From: Gallionellaceae bacterium UBA2239
GTDB taxonomy: Bacteria > Pseudomonadota > Gammaproteobacteria > Burkholderiales > UBA9220
Direction of reading: 5' to 3'
Length of the DNA: 64,000 nucleotides
NCBI GenBank assembly: GCA_002347615.1
Contig: DDYH01000041.1
Span: forward strand, 26,300-90,299
Within the stretch, counting starts at the first letter, position 1. Every line of letters starts with the position of its first letter. This document shows, piece after piece, positions 9,009-18,062 of the stretch. Below the pieces are notes generated by a model that saw only the letters and a list, made by a program, of their open reading frames with translations, did no database searches and was not told where the DNA came from. Made by a program: the position numbers and the translations under genes.

Positions 9009-9452
9009 ATGCAATCCCTGAAAAAACGTATCGCCCTGGGGCTCGTCGTGGCCGCCGCCGCCGGTGTTCTCTCCGCTCCGGCTTTCGCCGAGCGCAATGC
9101 CGGCTGTTTCGATGGCAAACGCTTCGAGCAGCGGATGGAAAAGCGCCAGCAAGCCCTTCACGATGACCTGAAACTGACGGCGGCCCAGGAAAAAGGCTGG
9201 AAGACCTATACCGACGCCGTGAAGGCCGCCATGCCGAAGCGCGGGGATTTCGATCCCAAGGCCATGGCCGACCTGTCCGCCCCCGAACGCGCCGACAAGA
9301 TGCTGGCCCGCGGCCAGGAGCGGCTGGACGGCATGCGCAAGGCGACCGAGGCGATGAAGGCCTTCTACGCCACCCTCACCCCGGAGCAGAAGAAGACCTT
9401 CGACCAGAAGTCCTTCCACGGCTTCCACGGCAAGCCCGGCGGAGGACGTTAG
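9009..9452 (+). CDS. periplasmic Spy/CpxP-family (LTXXQ) protein
   Basis: 147 aa; signal peptide and two LTxxQ motifs (LKLTAAQEKGW, ATLTPEQKKTF). It is divergent from the two-component pair, as cpxP is from cpxRA. Confidence 0.8.
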   Translation: MQSLKKRIALGLVVAAAAGVLSAPAFAERNAGCFDGKRFEQRMEKRQQALHDDLKLTAAQEKGWKTYTDAVKAAMPKRGDFDPKAMADLSAPERADKMLARGQERLDGMRKATEAMKAFYATLTPEQKKTFDQKSFHGFHGKPGGGR

Positions 9453-9480
9453 AACCAAGATCGGGTAATTGAACCACGGT

Positions 9481-9560
9481 CCCTCATCCCAACCCTTCTC
9501 CCGAGGGGAGAAGGGCTTTTGTTCCCCTCTCCTTCCGGGAGAGGGGCTAGGGGTGAGGGA
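9481..9560. repeat. REP/BIME-like palindromic intergenic repeat (two hairpin units)
   Basis: The two units are ccctcatcccaacccttctcccgaggggagaaggg and cccctctccttccgggagaggggctaggggtgaggg. Related units occur at 59537-59646 and 60525-60549. Confidence 0.6.
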
Positions 9561-9585
9561 ACACGGCTGAAGGAGTTGATAATGC

Positions 9586-11292
9586 TTACGCGATGCCGGG
9601 GTTGCCGGCCATGCCGATCAGCTTGGGCTGGTTGAGCTTGATCCCCTTGATGGTCTTCTTGGCCCGCAGGTACTGGGCCACCACTTCCCAGATCGGTTCG
9701 CCGGCGACGCCTTCGCCCACCGGCGCCCAGCCGGCTTCCTTGTATTTCTTGCCGGCGGAGACCGGCTTGCCGTTGAGGCGCATGTCGCTGATGCGCTTGC
9801 CCATGGCGGCATTGGGGGTGCAGGTGTAGGTGAGGCCGCCCACCCGCACCATGTCGCCGCCCTGCTGGTAGTAGGGGTCGGGGTTGAACAGGTTGTCGCA
9901 GACGTCTTCCAGGATGTCCTTGATCTGCTGGCCGGTGAAGTCGTTGACCGTGGTCTGGGGATAGGTGATGGCGGTCTGGTCCATCAGCTTCTCCATGGTG
10001 ATGGGCTCGCCGGGCAGGATGGTGGTGCCCCAGCGGAAGCCGGGGGAGAAGGCGAGCTGGGCGCCTTTCACTTCCATCAGGGCGTCCAGGATCAGCTGGT
10101 CCCAGGTGCCGTTGAAGTTGCCGCGGCGGTAGAGCAGATCGTCGCTCACCGCCAGCACTTCGTTCAGCTTGGATTCGTAGGGGGCGCGGATCTGCTTGAT
10201 CAGGGCTTCCATGGCCGGGTCGGCGGGGAGCAGGTTGGAGAACACCGGCAGCAGCTTGTACTTCCAGCCCGCCACCTTGCCGTTCTTGACCTCGAAATCC
10301 AGCACGCCGAGGAACTTGCCGTTGGAGCCGGCGTTGGTCACCAGGGTCTGGCCGCCGGCGTTCTTCACCGCCACCGGGGCGGGCACGCCGTCGTGGGTGT
10401 GGCCGCCGAGGATGGCGTCCACGCCGGTGACCCGGCTCGCCATCTTGAGGTCCACGTCCATGCCGTTGTGGGACAGCACCACCACTACCTGGGCACCCTT
10501 GCCCCGGGCCTCGTTCACCATTTTCTGCAGGTTGTCGTCCTGGATGCCGAAGCTCCAGTCGGGGATCATGTGGCGGGGGTTGGCGATGGGGGTGTAGGGG
10601 AAGGCCTGGCCGATGATGGCCACCGGCACGCCGTTGATCGGGCGGATGACGTAGGGGTCGAACACCTGGTCGCCGAAGTCGTTGGTTTTCACGTTCTGGG
10701 CGACGAAGTCCATCTTGCCCTTGAGGTCGCGGTCCACGATTTCCTTCACCCGTTGGGCGCCGTAGGTGAATTCCCAGTGGCCGGTCATCACGTCCACGCC
10801 CAGGGCCTTGCAGGCGTCCACCATGTCCTGGCCCTGGGTCCAGAGGGAGGTGGCGGAGCCCTGCCAGGTGTCGCCGCCGTCCAGCAGCAGGGAGCCGGGG
10901 CGGCTTTCCTTGACGCGCTTGACCAGGGTGGAGAGGTGGGCGAAGCCGCCCACCTTGCCGTAGGTCTTGGCCGCCGCTTCGAAGTCCAGGTAGGTGAAGG
11001 CGTGGGCCTCCGCCGTGCCCGGCGCGACGCCGAACTGCTTGAGCAGCTTCTCGCCCACCAGGTGAGGGGGCTTGCCGGCCATGGAAGCCACGCCCAGGTT
11101 GACGTTGGGCTCGCGGAAGTAGAGCGGCATCAGCTGGGCGTGGCAGTCGGTGAAGTGCAGCAGGCTGACGTTGCCGAAGGCGGGCAGGTCGTAAAGGCTG
11201 CCGGGGTTGGCGGCCAGGGCGCTCTTGCTGTCCAGGGCGAGGCCGCCGGCGGCGGCCACGGCGAGCAGTTGCAGGAATTCGCGGCGGTTCAT
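9586..11292 (-). CDS. soxB: thiosulfohydrolase SoxB
   Basis: 568 aa; Tat signal RREFLQLLAV, binuclear metallophosphoesterase motifs (HFTDCHAQ, GGDTWQGS, SHNGMDVD, GGHTHD), and a 5-prime-nucleotidase C-domain. Confidence 0.95.
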   Translation of the reverse strand: MNRREFLQLLAVAAAGGLALDSKSALAANPGSLYDLPAFGNVSLLHFTDCHAQLMPLYFREPNVNLGVASMAGKPPHLVGEKLLKQFGVAPGTAEAHAFTYLDFEAAAKTYGKVGGFAHLSTLVKRVKESRPGSLLLDGGDTWQGSATSLWTQGQDMVDACKALGVDVMTGHWEFTYGAQRVKEIVDRDLKGKMDFVAQNVKTNDFGDQVFDPYVIRPINGVPVAIIGQAFPYTPIANPRHMIPDWSFGIQDDNLQKMVNEARGKGAQVVVVLSHNGMDVDLKMASRVTGVDAILGGHTHDGVPAPVAVKNAGGQTLVTNAGSNGKFLGVLDFEVKNGKVAGWKYKLLPVFSNLLPADPAMEALIKQIRAPYESKLNEVLAVSDDLLYRRGNFNGTWDQLILDALMEVKGAQLAFSPGFRWGTTILPGEPITMEKLMDQTAITYPQTTVNDFTGQQIKDILEDVCDNLFNPDPYYQQGGDMVRVGGLTYTCTPNAAMGKRISDMRLNGKPVSAGKKYKEAGWAPVGEGVAGEPIWEVVAQYLRAKKTIKGIKLNQPKLIGMAGNPGIA

Positions 11293-11363
11293 GGGCTGGG
11301 CTCCGTGTGGTTTCTGTTCGTTTTGCGCCCGTCGCTGCAGCCGCGGGCGCTTTTATATGTAGG

Positions 11364-11394
11364 GTAAAAAGCGGCCCGGAAGAGCTCCGGGCCG
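11364..11394 (-). terminator. hairpin with a weak U-run between soxA and soxB (possible attenuator)
   Basis: Minus strand reads cggcccgga-gctct-tccgggccg followed by cttttta. A second GC hairpin follows. Confidence 0.35.
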
Positions 11395-11401
11395 GGGGGA
11401 C

Positions 11402-12229
11402 TTACTTGCGGAACACCGACGCTTTCATCGGCAGGCCGTTGCTCAGGTAGGAGTGGAAGTACTCCAGTTCGTTGAATTCCTGGCTGCCCGGCTTGAGGGA
11501 CACGGCTCGCACCTGGTTGAAGCACTGGGCGTAGCGCTGCTGCAGGGTCACCAGGTTGTCGCCGCCGCGGAACACCGGCCAATGGGTGGCATGGCCGACG
11601 GCGGGGGACAGGAACTCCGAACGGATGCGGTGGCCGGCGTTGTCCATGTGGCAGGTGGCGCAGGAGAAGTTCAGTTGGCCGCGGCGCTGGAAGAACATGT
11701 TCTTGCCCCGCTCGAAGGCTTCCTGGGCCGCCGGGCCTTGCACCTTGACGTTCATCTTCATGCCGTCGGACAGGGTGCGGGCGTAGGAGGTGAGCTTGCC
11801 GATCTCCTTGCCGCTGTACTCCATGGCCTTCTCTCCATTGGCCTCGCGGCAGGCGTTGAGGGCCATTTCGAAGGTGACCACTTTGCCCTGCTTGTCGTCG
11901 AACTGGGGGTAGTTGCCCGCCGCGTTCTTGCCGCCGTTGGGGAAGCATTCGGCGTAGGTCTTGCCGTTGGCGAACGGTTTTTCCCACATGGCCTTGCCTT
12001 CTTCGATCACGCCTTCGAAGGGGGGGAAGTCCATGATGGTCTTGTACTGATCCAGGGCGCCGTCGTCATAGATCATGGCGCCGTAGACGTACTGGTCGAG
12101 CTTGATTTTGGGGTATTTTTTCTTGTAGGTATTGATGATCTGCTTGCGGTCGTTTTCCGGGCTGGCGTTGGCGGCCAGGGAACCGGCGATCAGGCCGGCG
12201 CCCACGAACGCCAGGATGATTTTATTCAT
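11402..12229 (-). CDS. soxA: SoxA, c-type cytochrome subunit of SoxAX
   Basis: 275 aa; signal peptide, a single CATCH heme motif, and the conserved C-terminal region QRYAQCFNQVRA. Confidence 0.9.
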   Translation of the reverse strand: MNKIILAFVGAGLIAGSLAANASPENDRKQIINTYKKKYPKIKLDQYVYGAMIYDDGALDQYKTIMDFPPFEGVIEEGKAMWEKPFANGKTYAECFPNGGKNAAGNYPQFDDKQGKVVTFEMALNACREANGEKAMEYSGKEIGKLTSYARTLSDGMKMNVKVQGPAAQEAFERGKNMFFQRRGQLNFSCATCHMDNAGHRIRSEFLSPAVGHATHWPVFRGGDNLVTLQQRYAQCFNQVRAVSLKPGSQEFNELEYFHSYLSNGLPMKASVFRK

Positions 12230-12283
12230 GCTGTCTTCCTCCTCGTTGGGTACGGGTGCGCTCTGGAGCGCACCCGTGAACGA

Positions 12284-12598
12284 TTAGCCGATGACGGCTT
12301 CGGCGGTGTTCTTGTCGCCCTTGTTGTCCGTCCAGTTGACCACGACCTTGTCGCCGGCCTTGGCGCCCTTCACCTTGAAGCCCAGGAAGGGGTTCTTGGA
12401 GATGGCCTGGCTCCACTGGGAGTCCAGCACCACTTTGCCGTTGACGGAGGCGTTCACTTCCTGGATGAAGTGGGCGGGGATCAGTTGGCCGGTCTTGGGG
12501 TCCTTGCGCTGGCCGGTTTCCATGATGTGGCTCATCAGCACTTTAACGTCGGCCACGTCGCCCTGCATGGTGGCGCGGATTTTCATCGGATCTGCCAT
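12284..12598 (-). CDS. soxZ: thiosulfate oxidation carrier complex protein SoxZ
   Basis: 104 aa; MKIRATMQGDVADVKVLMSHIMETGQRKD is typical of SoxZ. It is adjacent to soxY. Confidence 0.9.
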   Translation of the reverse strand: MADPMKIRATMQGDVADVKVLMSHIMETGQRKDPKTGQLIPAHFIQEVNASVNGKVVLDSQWSQAISKNPFLGFKVKGAKAGDKVVVNWTDNKGDKNTAEAVIG

Positions 12599-12648
12599 TT
12601 TGTATTCCTTTCAGTTCGTATGCGGTGTCGAGGGAGGCGGGACGGGGA

Positions 12649-13119
12649 TTAGCCGCCGCAGCCGCCGATGGTGACTTTCACTTCCTTGGCGGCAGTGTAG
12701 GTCTTGCCGCCGGCCTTGACGATGGCGCGCACCTTGGAGGTCTTGGCCATCTTGACGCGGGTGGAGATATAGCCCAGGGCGCCGTTGGAGAAGTCGTAGG
12801 TAGAGCACAGGGGGTTCAGGTTGGTTTCGATGAACAGGGCGATGGAGGCGGTGCCCGCGATGTTGCTGGTGATTTCCACCGGCACCACGGCGCCGTTCTC
12901 GGCGATGTCCGGGGCCTTGATCACGATGTCCTTGCTTTCGGCCGCGCCGGCGCCGCCGACGGACTTGAGGGCTTCGTCCAGCTTGGTGGCGCCAAAGCCG
13001 GCCTTGTTCCATTCGGCAGCCAGCACTTCGGTGGGCTTCAGCAGGCCGGCGGCGACGGCCACGGCCACGGAGCCGGCGGCACCGGCGCCTTTCAGGAAGG
13101 TTCTGCGGAACTGGTTCAT
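12649..13119 (-). CDS. soxY: sulfur carrier protein SoxY
   Basis: 156 aa; Tat signal RRTFLKGAG and the diagnostic C-terminal GGCGG. Confidence 0.93.
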   Translation of the reverse strand: MNQFRRTFLKGAGAAGSVAVAVAAGLLKPTEVLAAEWNKAGFGATKLDEALKSVGGAGAAESKDIVIKAPDIAENGAVVPVEITSNIAGTASIALFIETNLNPLCSTYDFSNGALGYISTRVKMAKTSKVRAIVKAGGKTYTAAKEVKVTIGGCGG

Positions 13120-13143
13120 GCTAGGTCTCTCCTTGGTTTGGGG

Positions 13144-13587
13144 TTACAGGCTGTAGACGAATTCGGTTACTTTGTCGATTTCCTCCTCGGTCAGCACCTT
13201 GTGCTTGCCGAAGGGGGGCATGGAGGTCTTGGGGTTGGCCACCATGGCGTCCCATATCTGGGCGCGCAGCTTGGCCTTGTCCGGGTAGCGCAGCTGCATG
13301 GAAATCAGGGGCGGGGCGATGGTGCCCGGCATTTCCGCGTCCGCCTGGCTGGGCATGGCGTGGCAGGCCAGGCAGTTGCCCAGGCGGCGGTCGTAGGCGA
13401 TTTGCTTGCCCGTCATGCCCGTGCTCTCTTCCTTGGGTTTGTCGAAAAACAGCGGGGCGGGGGCCTTAATCTCTTCCTTCTTGGCCTCATCCGCCGCCAG
13501 GGCGGCGCAGGACAGGCTGGCGCCCATGACGGCGGCGAACAGCAACCGGGCTTGCTTCCTCATCATTATGGTCTCCTCCATTCTCAT
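13144..13587 (-). CDS. soxX: SoxX, monoheme cytochrome c
   Basis: 147 aa; signal peptide and CLACH heme motif; first gene of soxXYZAB. The start could be a few codons downstream (MMRKQ). Confidence 0.85.
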   Translation of the reverse strand: MRMEETIMMRKQARLLFAAVMGASLSCAALAADEAKKEEIKAPAPLFFDKPKEESTGMTGKQIAYDRRLGNCLACHAMPSQADAEMPGTIAPPLISMQLRYPDKAKLRAQIWDAMVANPKTSMPPFGKHKVLTEEEIDKVTEFVYSL

Positions 13588-13726
13588 TCATGTCCGTAGT
13601 GCCCCGGAAGGCGTATGCGCCTCCGGGCCATCAACCGCAACATCGCCGACGGTTGTGCCAAGCATACTCAATAGGAATCCTCCCGTGCAAGGGATTTGTG
13701 AAAAAATTCTTTTAATAACCGATAGT

Positions 13727-13742
13727 TAGTACGAATGTACTA
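13727..13742. promoter_or_regulatory. 6-4-6 palindrome tagtac-gaat-gtacta upstream of soxX
   Basis: Perfect inverted repeat in an AT-richer stretch about 140 nt upstream of the soxX start. Candidate operator only. Confidence 0.25.
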
Positions 13743-13755
13743 GTGGGGAGGGTGC

Positions 13756-15180
13756 TTAGGGCTTGGGTTTTGGATCGTTCCGGCTGCGCAACTCTTTGAG
13801 CCGCGCTTCCACGATGGATTGCTGGTAGAAATCGCCGTCCCCCTGCTTGAGGGCGATCTGCAGCTGTTCGATGGCGGCGGTGAGGTTGCCGAGGCGCACG
13901 TAGGCTTCCGCTTGGGCCTGGTGGCTCAGCATGGGATGGCCCAGGGCGGCGTGGATTTTGGCCTGGATCTGGTACAGGCGGTAATCCTGGGTGAAGGCGT
14001 TGATGCGGGGGCTGAGGAACTTGTCCGCTTCCGCCGGGCTTCCGCTTTTCAGCAGGGCTTCCGCCAAGCCGTAGACCAGGGCGCGGTGCTGGGGGTAGAG
14101 CCGCAGGGCGGCCCGGTACTGGGCGATGGCGGCGTCGGTTTTTCCCTCGGCGAGCTTGAGTTCCGCCGCCAGGTTGTCGATGAACGGGCTGCTGGGAGCG
14201 ACCTTGCGCAGAGCGGACATTTCCGTTTCCGCCCGGTCGAATTTTTCCTGCCGCATCAGGGCCAGGGTCAGGCCGTAGCGCTGGGCGGCTTCGCTGGCGT
14301 AGCGCTTGTCCTGCAGGAAGCTCTCGAACTCTTTCACCGCCTGGGCCGGGGGGGTGAGCAGGGCCCGCAGCTTGGCCCGCACCAGTTGGAAATCGAGGCT
14401 GTCCCGTACCTGCTTGTAGGGGGTTTCCGCCACCCGGTTCTCGATGTCGGCGATGCGCTCGCTGGTGAGGGGGTGGGTGCGCAGATAGGTGGGGGCGTTG
14501 TTCTCATACAGGCGGCTGGCCCGTTGCATGCGCTCGAAAAAGGCCGGCATGGCCCGGGTGTCGAAGTGGGACTTGCCAAGGATTTGCAGGCCCACCCGGT
14601 CGGCTTCCCGCTCGTGCTCCCGGGTAAAGTCCAGCTGGGTCTGGACCGAGGCCGCCTGGGCGGTGGCGATGGCCGCCTGGGACACCTGGGGGTTGGAGCG
14701 GGCGGCGAGCAGCGCCACCGCCAGGGCCGCCAGGGTGGGCATGGTGGTCTTCTGCTGGCCGGCGATCATCCGCGCAATATGGTGCTGGGTTACGTGGCCG
14801 ATTTCGTGGGCCAGCACCGAGGCCAGTTCCGATTCGCTCTGGGAGGCGACGATCAGGCCGGTGTGGACGCCGATATAGCCCCCGGGCAGGGCGAAGGCGT
14901 TGAGGGTGCCGTCACGGATGACGAAAAAGCGAAAGCTGAGGGTGTTGTCAGGGCCGGCCGCCACCAGCCGGTAGCCCAGGTTGTTGAGATAGGCGGTGAC
15001 TTCCGGGTCGTCGAAGTAGCTCGGGTCCAGGTAGACGTCCCGCATGATGGCGTCTCCCAGCATCTGCTCTTCCTGGGGCGAGAAGGCGCTTTGGGACACG
15101 TCCCCCAGATTGGGAAGCTCGTCCGCCATGGCTGCGGGCAGGCACAGCAGGAAAGCGGCGAGAAGACAGGAAAATCGCAT
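13756..15180 (-). CDS. bepA: M48 zinc metalloprotease with TPR domain (BepA/YfgC-like)
   Basis: Start taken at MRFSCLLAAFLL (signal peptide). ELASVLAHEIGHVTQHH contains the HExxH motif, and C-terminal TPR repeats follow. Confidence 0.8.
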   Translation of the reverse strand: MRFSCLLAAFLLCLPAAMADELPNLGDVSQSAFSPQEEQMLGDAIMRDVYLDPSYFDDPEVTAYLNNLGYRLVAAGPDNTLSFRFFVIRDGTLNAFALPGGYIGVHTGLIVASQSESELASVLAHEIGHVTQHHIARMIAGQQKTTMPTLAALAVALLAARSNPQVSQAAIATAQAASVQTQLDFTREHEREADRVGLQILGKSHFDTRAMPAFFERMQRASRLYENNAPTYLRTHPLTSERIADIENRVAETPYKQVRDSLDFQLVRAKLRALLTPPAQAVKEFESFLQDKRYASEAAQRYGLTLALMRQEKFDRAETEMSALRKVAPSSPFIDNLAAELKLAEGKTDAAIAQYRAALRLYPQHRALVYGLAEALLKSGSPAEADKFLSPRINAFTQDYRLYQIQAKIHAALGHPMLSHQAQAEAYVRLGNLTAAIEQLQIALKQGDGDFYQQSIVEARLKELRSRNDPKPKP

Positions 15181-15379
15181 GGCGCTATGATAGCCTTTCG
15201 ACCGAATTAGTTCATGGCCCAGTTTGTAAAAGAATGTAACCGGCCATGAGGCAAGCATTACGCCAAGATTATGATAACGCTTGCCTCATGGCCGGGTTCC
15301 CGCCGCTTCGCGGCGACCTCGGCGGAACGGGCGAGGGGGACAGGGAGCGCCTTCGGCGCGGTTTATGCGATATGAGATT

Positions 15380-15856
15380 ATGAGCGAATTCACCCATTTC
15401 GATGCCCAGGGCCAGGCCCATATGGTGGACGTGGCGGAGAAGTCCGAAACCAAGCGCGTCGCCCGGGCCGCCGGGGTCATCCGCATGCGCCCCGAAACCC
15501 TGCAACTGTTGGCCGCGGGAGGCAGCAAGAAGGGGGATGTGCTGGGGGTGGCGCGGATCGCCGCCATCCAGGGGGCGAAGCGCACCGCGGAGTTGATCCC
15601 TCTGTGCCATCCTCTGCCCCTGACCCGGGTGACGGTGGATTTTCGCGTCGACCCGGGGCATTCCCTGGTGGAGTGCACCGCCGTTACCGAGACGGTGGGC
15701 CGCACCGGGGTGGAGATGGAGGCGTTGACGGCGGTCAGCGTCGGGCTGCTGACGATTTACGATATGTGCAAGGCCGTGGAGAAGGGCATGCGCATCGAGG
15801 ACATCCGCCTGCTGGAAAAGCAGGGGGGCAAGTCCGGACACTGGATTGCCGAATAA
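15380..15856 (+). CDS. moaC: cyclic pyranopterin monophosphate synthase accessory protein MoaC
   Basis: Start at [25 protein letters not shown], and [12 protein letters not shown] motifs are present. Confidence 0.93.
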   Translation: MSEFTHFDAQGQAHMVDVAEKSETKRVARAAGVIRMRPETLQLLAAGGSKKGDVLGVARIAAIQGAKRTAELIPLCHPLPLTRVTVDFRVDPGHSLVECTAVTETVGRTGVEMEALTAVSVGLLTIYDMCKAVEKGMRIEDIRLLEKQGGKSGHWIAE

Positions 15857-15866
15857 GGATAAGCCC

Positions 15867-16541
15867 ATGACCGATACGGTTTCACCCAAAAAACGGGTGT
15901 TCGAGCAGTTGACGCGGGTGGCCAAGGCCCTGGCCCATCCGGTGCGGCTCGAACTGGTGGAGGCCCTGGGGCAGGGGGAGCGCAGCGTGGAGGATTTGGC
16001 CGCCGCCTGCGGCCTGCCCATCGCCAATACCTCCCATCATCTCCAGGTGCTGCGGGACGGGGGCATGGTGCACTCCCGCAAGGCGGGGCTCCACGTGTTC
16101 TATCGCCTGAGCGACGGGGACGTGCCGATGCTGGCCTCGGCCATGGGGCGCATCGCCGAGCGCCACTTGGCGGAGGTGGAGCGCATCGTGCGCGAGCACT
16201 TCACGATCAAGGACGATCTCCAGCCGGTGAGCCGCAAGGCCCTGTTGTCCATGGTCAAGGCCGGGGAGGCGATGGTGATCGATGTGCGGCCGGCGTCCGA
16301 ATTCGAGGCCGGCCACATCGCCGGTGCCGTCAACGTGCCGGTGGACGAGCTGCCCCGCTATCTGTCGGCCCTTCCCAAGGAACAGGAGGTCGTCGCCTAT
16401 TGCCGCGGCCCCTACTGCATGCTGTCCTTCGATGCCGTGGAGCAACTGCGCCGCCTGGGTTACCGCGCCCGCCGCCTGGAGGACGGTTTCCCCGAATGGC
16501 AGGCGAGCCACTTGCCGGTAGAAGGCGGGAAAAGCCATTAG
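15867..16541 (+). CDS. ArsR/SmtB-family transcriptional regulator fused to a C-terminal rhodanese domain
   Basis: HTH region LAHPVRLELVEAL...ANTSHHLQVLRDGGMV, then a rhodanese region with MVIDVRPASEFEAGHIAGAVNVP and the active-site loop AYCRGPYC. The ATG at 15867 has an AAGGA 8 nt upstream; the ORF track start at 15846 is a TTG. Confidence 0.85.
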   Translation: MTDTVSPKKRVFEQLTRVAKALAHPVRLELVEALGQGERSVEDLAAACGLPIANTSHHLQVLRDGGMVHSRKAGLHVFYRLSDGDVPMLASAMGRIAERHLAEVERIVREHFTIKDDLQPVSRKALLSMVKAGEAMVIDVRPASEFEAGHIAGAVNVPVDELPRYLSALPKEQEVVAYCRGPYCMLSFDAVEQLRRLGYRARRLEDGFPEWQASHLPVEGGKSH

Positions 16542-16626
16542 CCGTCGAACTACTCCTTTAGAGCAGGTTGTCATGTTATGGCAATGTTTTTATGATGGTG
16601 CCGTTTCGCTGTGGCAGCAATATGTA

Positions 16627-16650
16627 GTATATTAGAAAAAAATAATATAC
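16627..16650. promoter_or_regulatory. perfect 8-bp inverted repeat gtatatta-N8-taatatac upstream of the rhodanese gene
   Basis: Read directly in the AT-rich intergenic region 30 nt upstream of the rhodanese ATG. Candidate ArsR-type operator. Confidence 0.3.
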
Positions 16651-16679
16651 CGCCTTCCCCTTTTGCATGGAGTACAAAG

Positions 16680-17000
16680 ATGTTCGGGATCAAGGAAGTA
16701 GATATTTTTGGCTTGCAGAAACTGCGCAACGACAAGGTGCTGCTGGTGGACGTGCGAACCGAAACCGAAGTGGGCCGCGGCATGATCGACGGCGCGGTGC
16801 ACATTCCCCTGCACATGTTGCCGATCAAGCTGGAAGAAATGTGCAAGGAAACCCCCACCGTCCTGTACTGCCACAGCGGTGCCCGCTCGGCCCAGGCCTG
16901 CGCCTTCATGGCCTCCCGCGGGTTCGACAACGTGTTCAACCTGCAAGGCGGCATCCTGGCGTGGTTGCGTTCCGGGCAGGCTTTGGCCAACGTGGCATAG
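16680..17000 (+). CDS. single-domain rhodanese sulfurtransferase
   Basis: Start at MFGIKEV. It has LLVDVRTETE and the active-site loop CHSGARS. Confidence 0.85.
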   Translation: MFGIKEVDIFGLQKLRNDKVLLVDVRTETEVGRGMIDGAVHIPLHMLPIKLEEMCKETPTVLYCHSGARSAQACAFMASRGFDNVFNLQGGILAWLRSGQALANVA

Positions 17001-17107
17001 GCTTCCCCGTCGAACGGATAGTTGCATTGCGCCGAAAGCTGGATTATAAATGCCGCTTTCGGTTCCGATTTGTTTTCACCCCCTACAGATACTAAGGAGA
17101 TAGAAGA

Positions 17108-17335
17108 ATGAACTTCGACAAGGACCTGGATGCACGCGGCCTGAACTGCCCCCTCCCCATCCTGCGCACCAAGAAGGCCCTGGCCGAAATCGGCGCCGGC
17201 CAAGTGCTGAAGATCACCGCCACCGACCCGGGTGCCGTCAAGGATATGGCCGCTTTCGCCAAGCAGACCGGCAACGAGCTGCTGTCCTCCGCCGAAGCCG
17301 GCGGCGAATACGTGTTCTTCATGAAGAAGAAGTAA
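17108..17335 (+). CDS. tusA: TusA-family sulfur carrier protein
   Basis: 75 aa; DARGLNCPLPILRTKKAL with the CP-x-P active site. Confidence 0.9.
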   Translation: MNFDKDLDARGLNCPLPILRTKKALAEIGAGQVLKITATDPGAVKDMAAFAKQTGNELLSSAEAGGEYVFFMKKK

Positions 17336-17404
17336 TTCCCGAACGCTTAACCGCAACCGGCTGCGCCCCTGGCGCAGGACGAACAAGTTTGGGAGGACAC
17401 TAAA

Positions 17405-17911
17405 ATGAGCAAAAAGCTGGCAATCATCGCCACCAAGGGTACCCTGGACTGGGCCTACCCCCCCTTTATTCTGGCGTCCACCGCTGCGGCGCTGGGGTAT
17501 GAGGTTGAAGTTTTCTTCACGTTCTACGGCCTGTCCCTGCTGCAAAAGGATGTCAGCGGCCTCAAGGTGAGCCCCCTGGGCAACCCTGCGATGCCGATGA
17601 AGATGCCTTTTGGCCCGGACTGGTTCAAGAAGATCAACTGGAACATCCCCAACGCGATCATGTCCATCGTTCCCGGGTTTGAGAATCTGGCTACCGTCCT
17701 GATGAAGCAAACCATCAAGAACAACGGCGTGGCCAGCATTGAAGAGCTGCGCGAGTTGAGCCAGGAAGCCGAAGTCCGTTTCGTCGCCTGCCAAATGACC
17801 GTTGAGCTGTTCGGTTTCGACCACAGCCAATTCATCGGCGGCGTGGAATTCGCCGGCGCCGCGAAATTCTTCGAATTCGCGGGCGAGGCCGACGTCACCC
17901 TGTTCATCTGA
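17405..17911 (+). CDS. DsrE3-type (COG2210-like DsrE/DsrF family) sulfurtransferase
   Basis: 168 aa; KLAIIATKGTLDWAYPPFILAS and the conserved Cys in FVACQMTVELFG. Located directly after tusA. Confidence 0.8.
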   Translation: MSKKLAIIATKGTLDWAYPPFILASTAAALGYEVEVFFTFYGLSLLQKDVSGLKVSPLGNPAMPMKMPFGPDWFKKINWNIPNAIMSIVPGFENLATVLMKQTIKNNGVASIEELRELSQEAEVRFVACQMTVELFGFDHSQFIGGVEFAGAAKFFEFAGEADVTLFI

Positions 17912-18062
17912 ACGCGGCCTGTCGCGGCTGGGAAAAATGGCAACCCCCGGGTTGCCATTTTTTATGCCGGCGGCGCCGGATTTGACAGGCCGGGGAACGG
18001 CCGCGAGAATTGGGCGGGGTCTTTGCCCGGCGAAATTGGGCCGGATTGTTAGGGAGTAAAGC

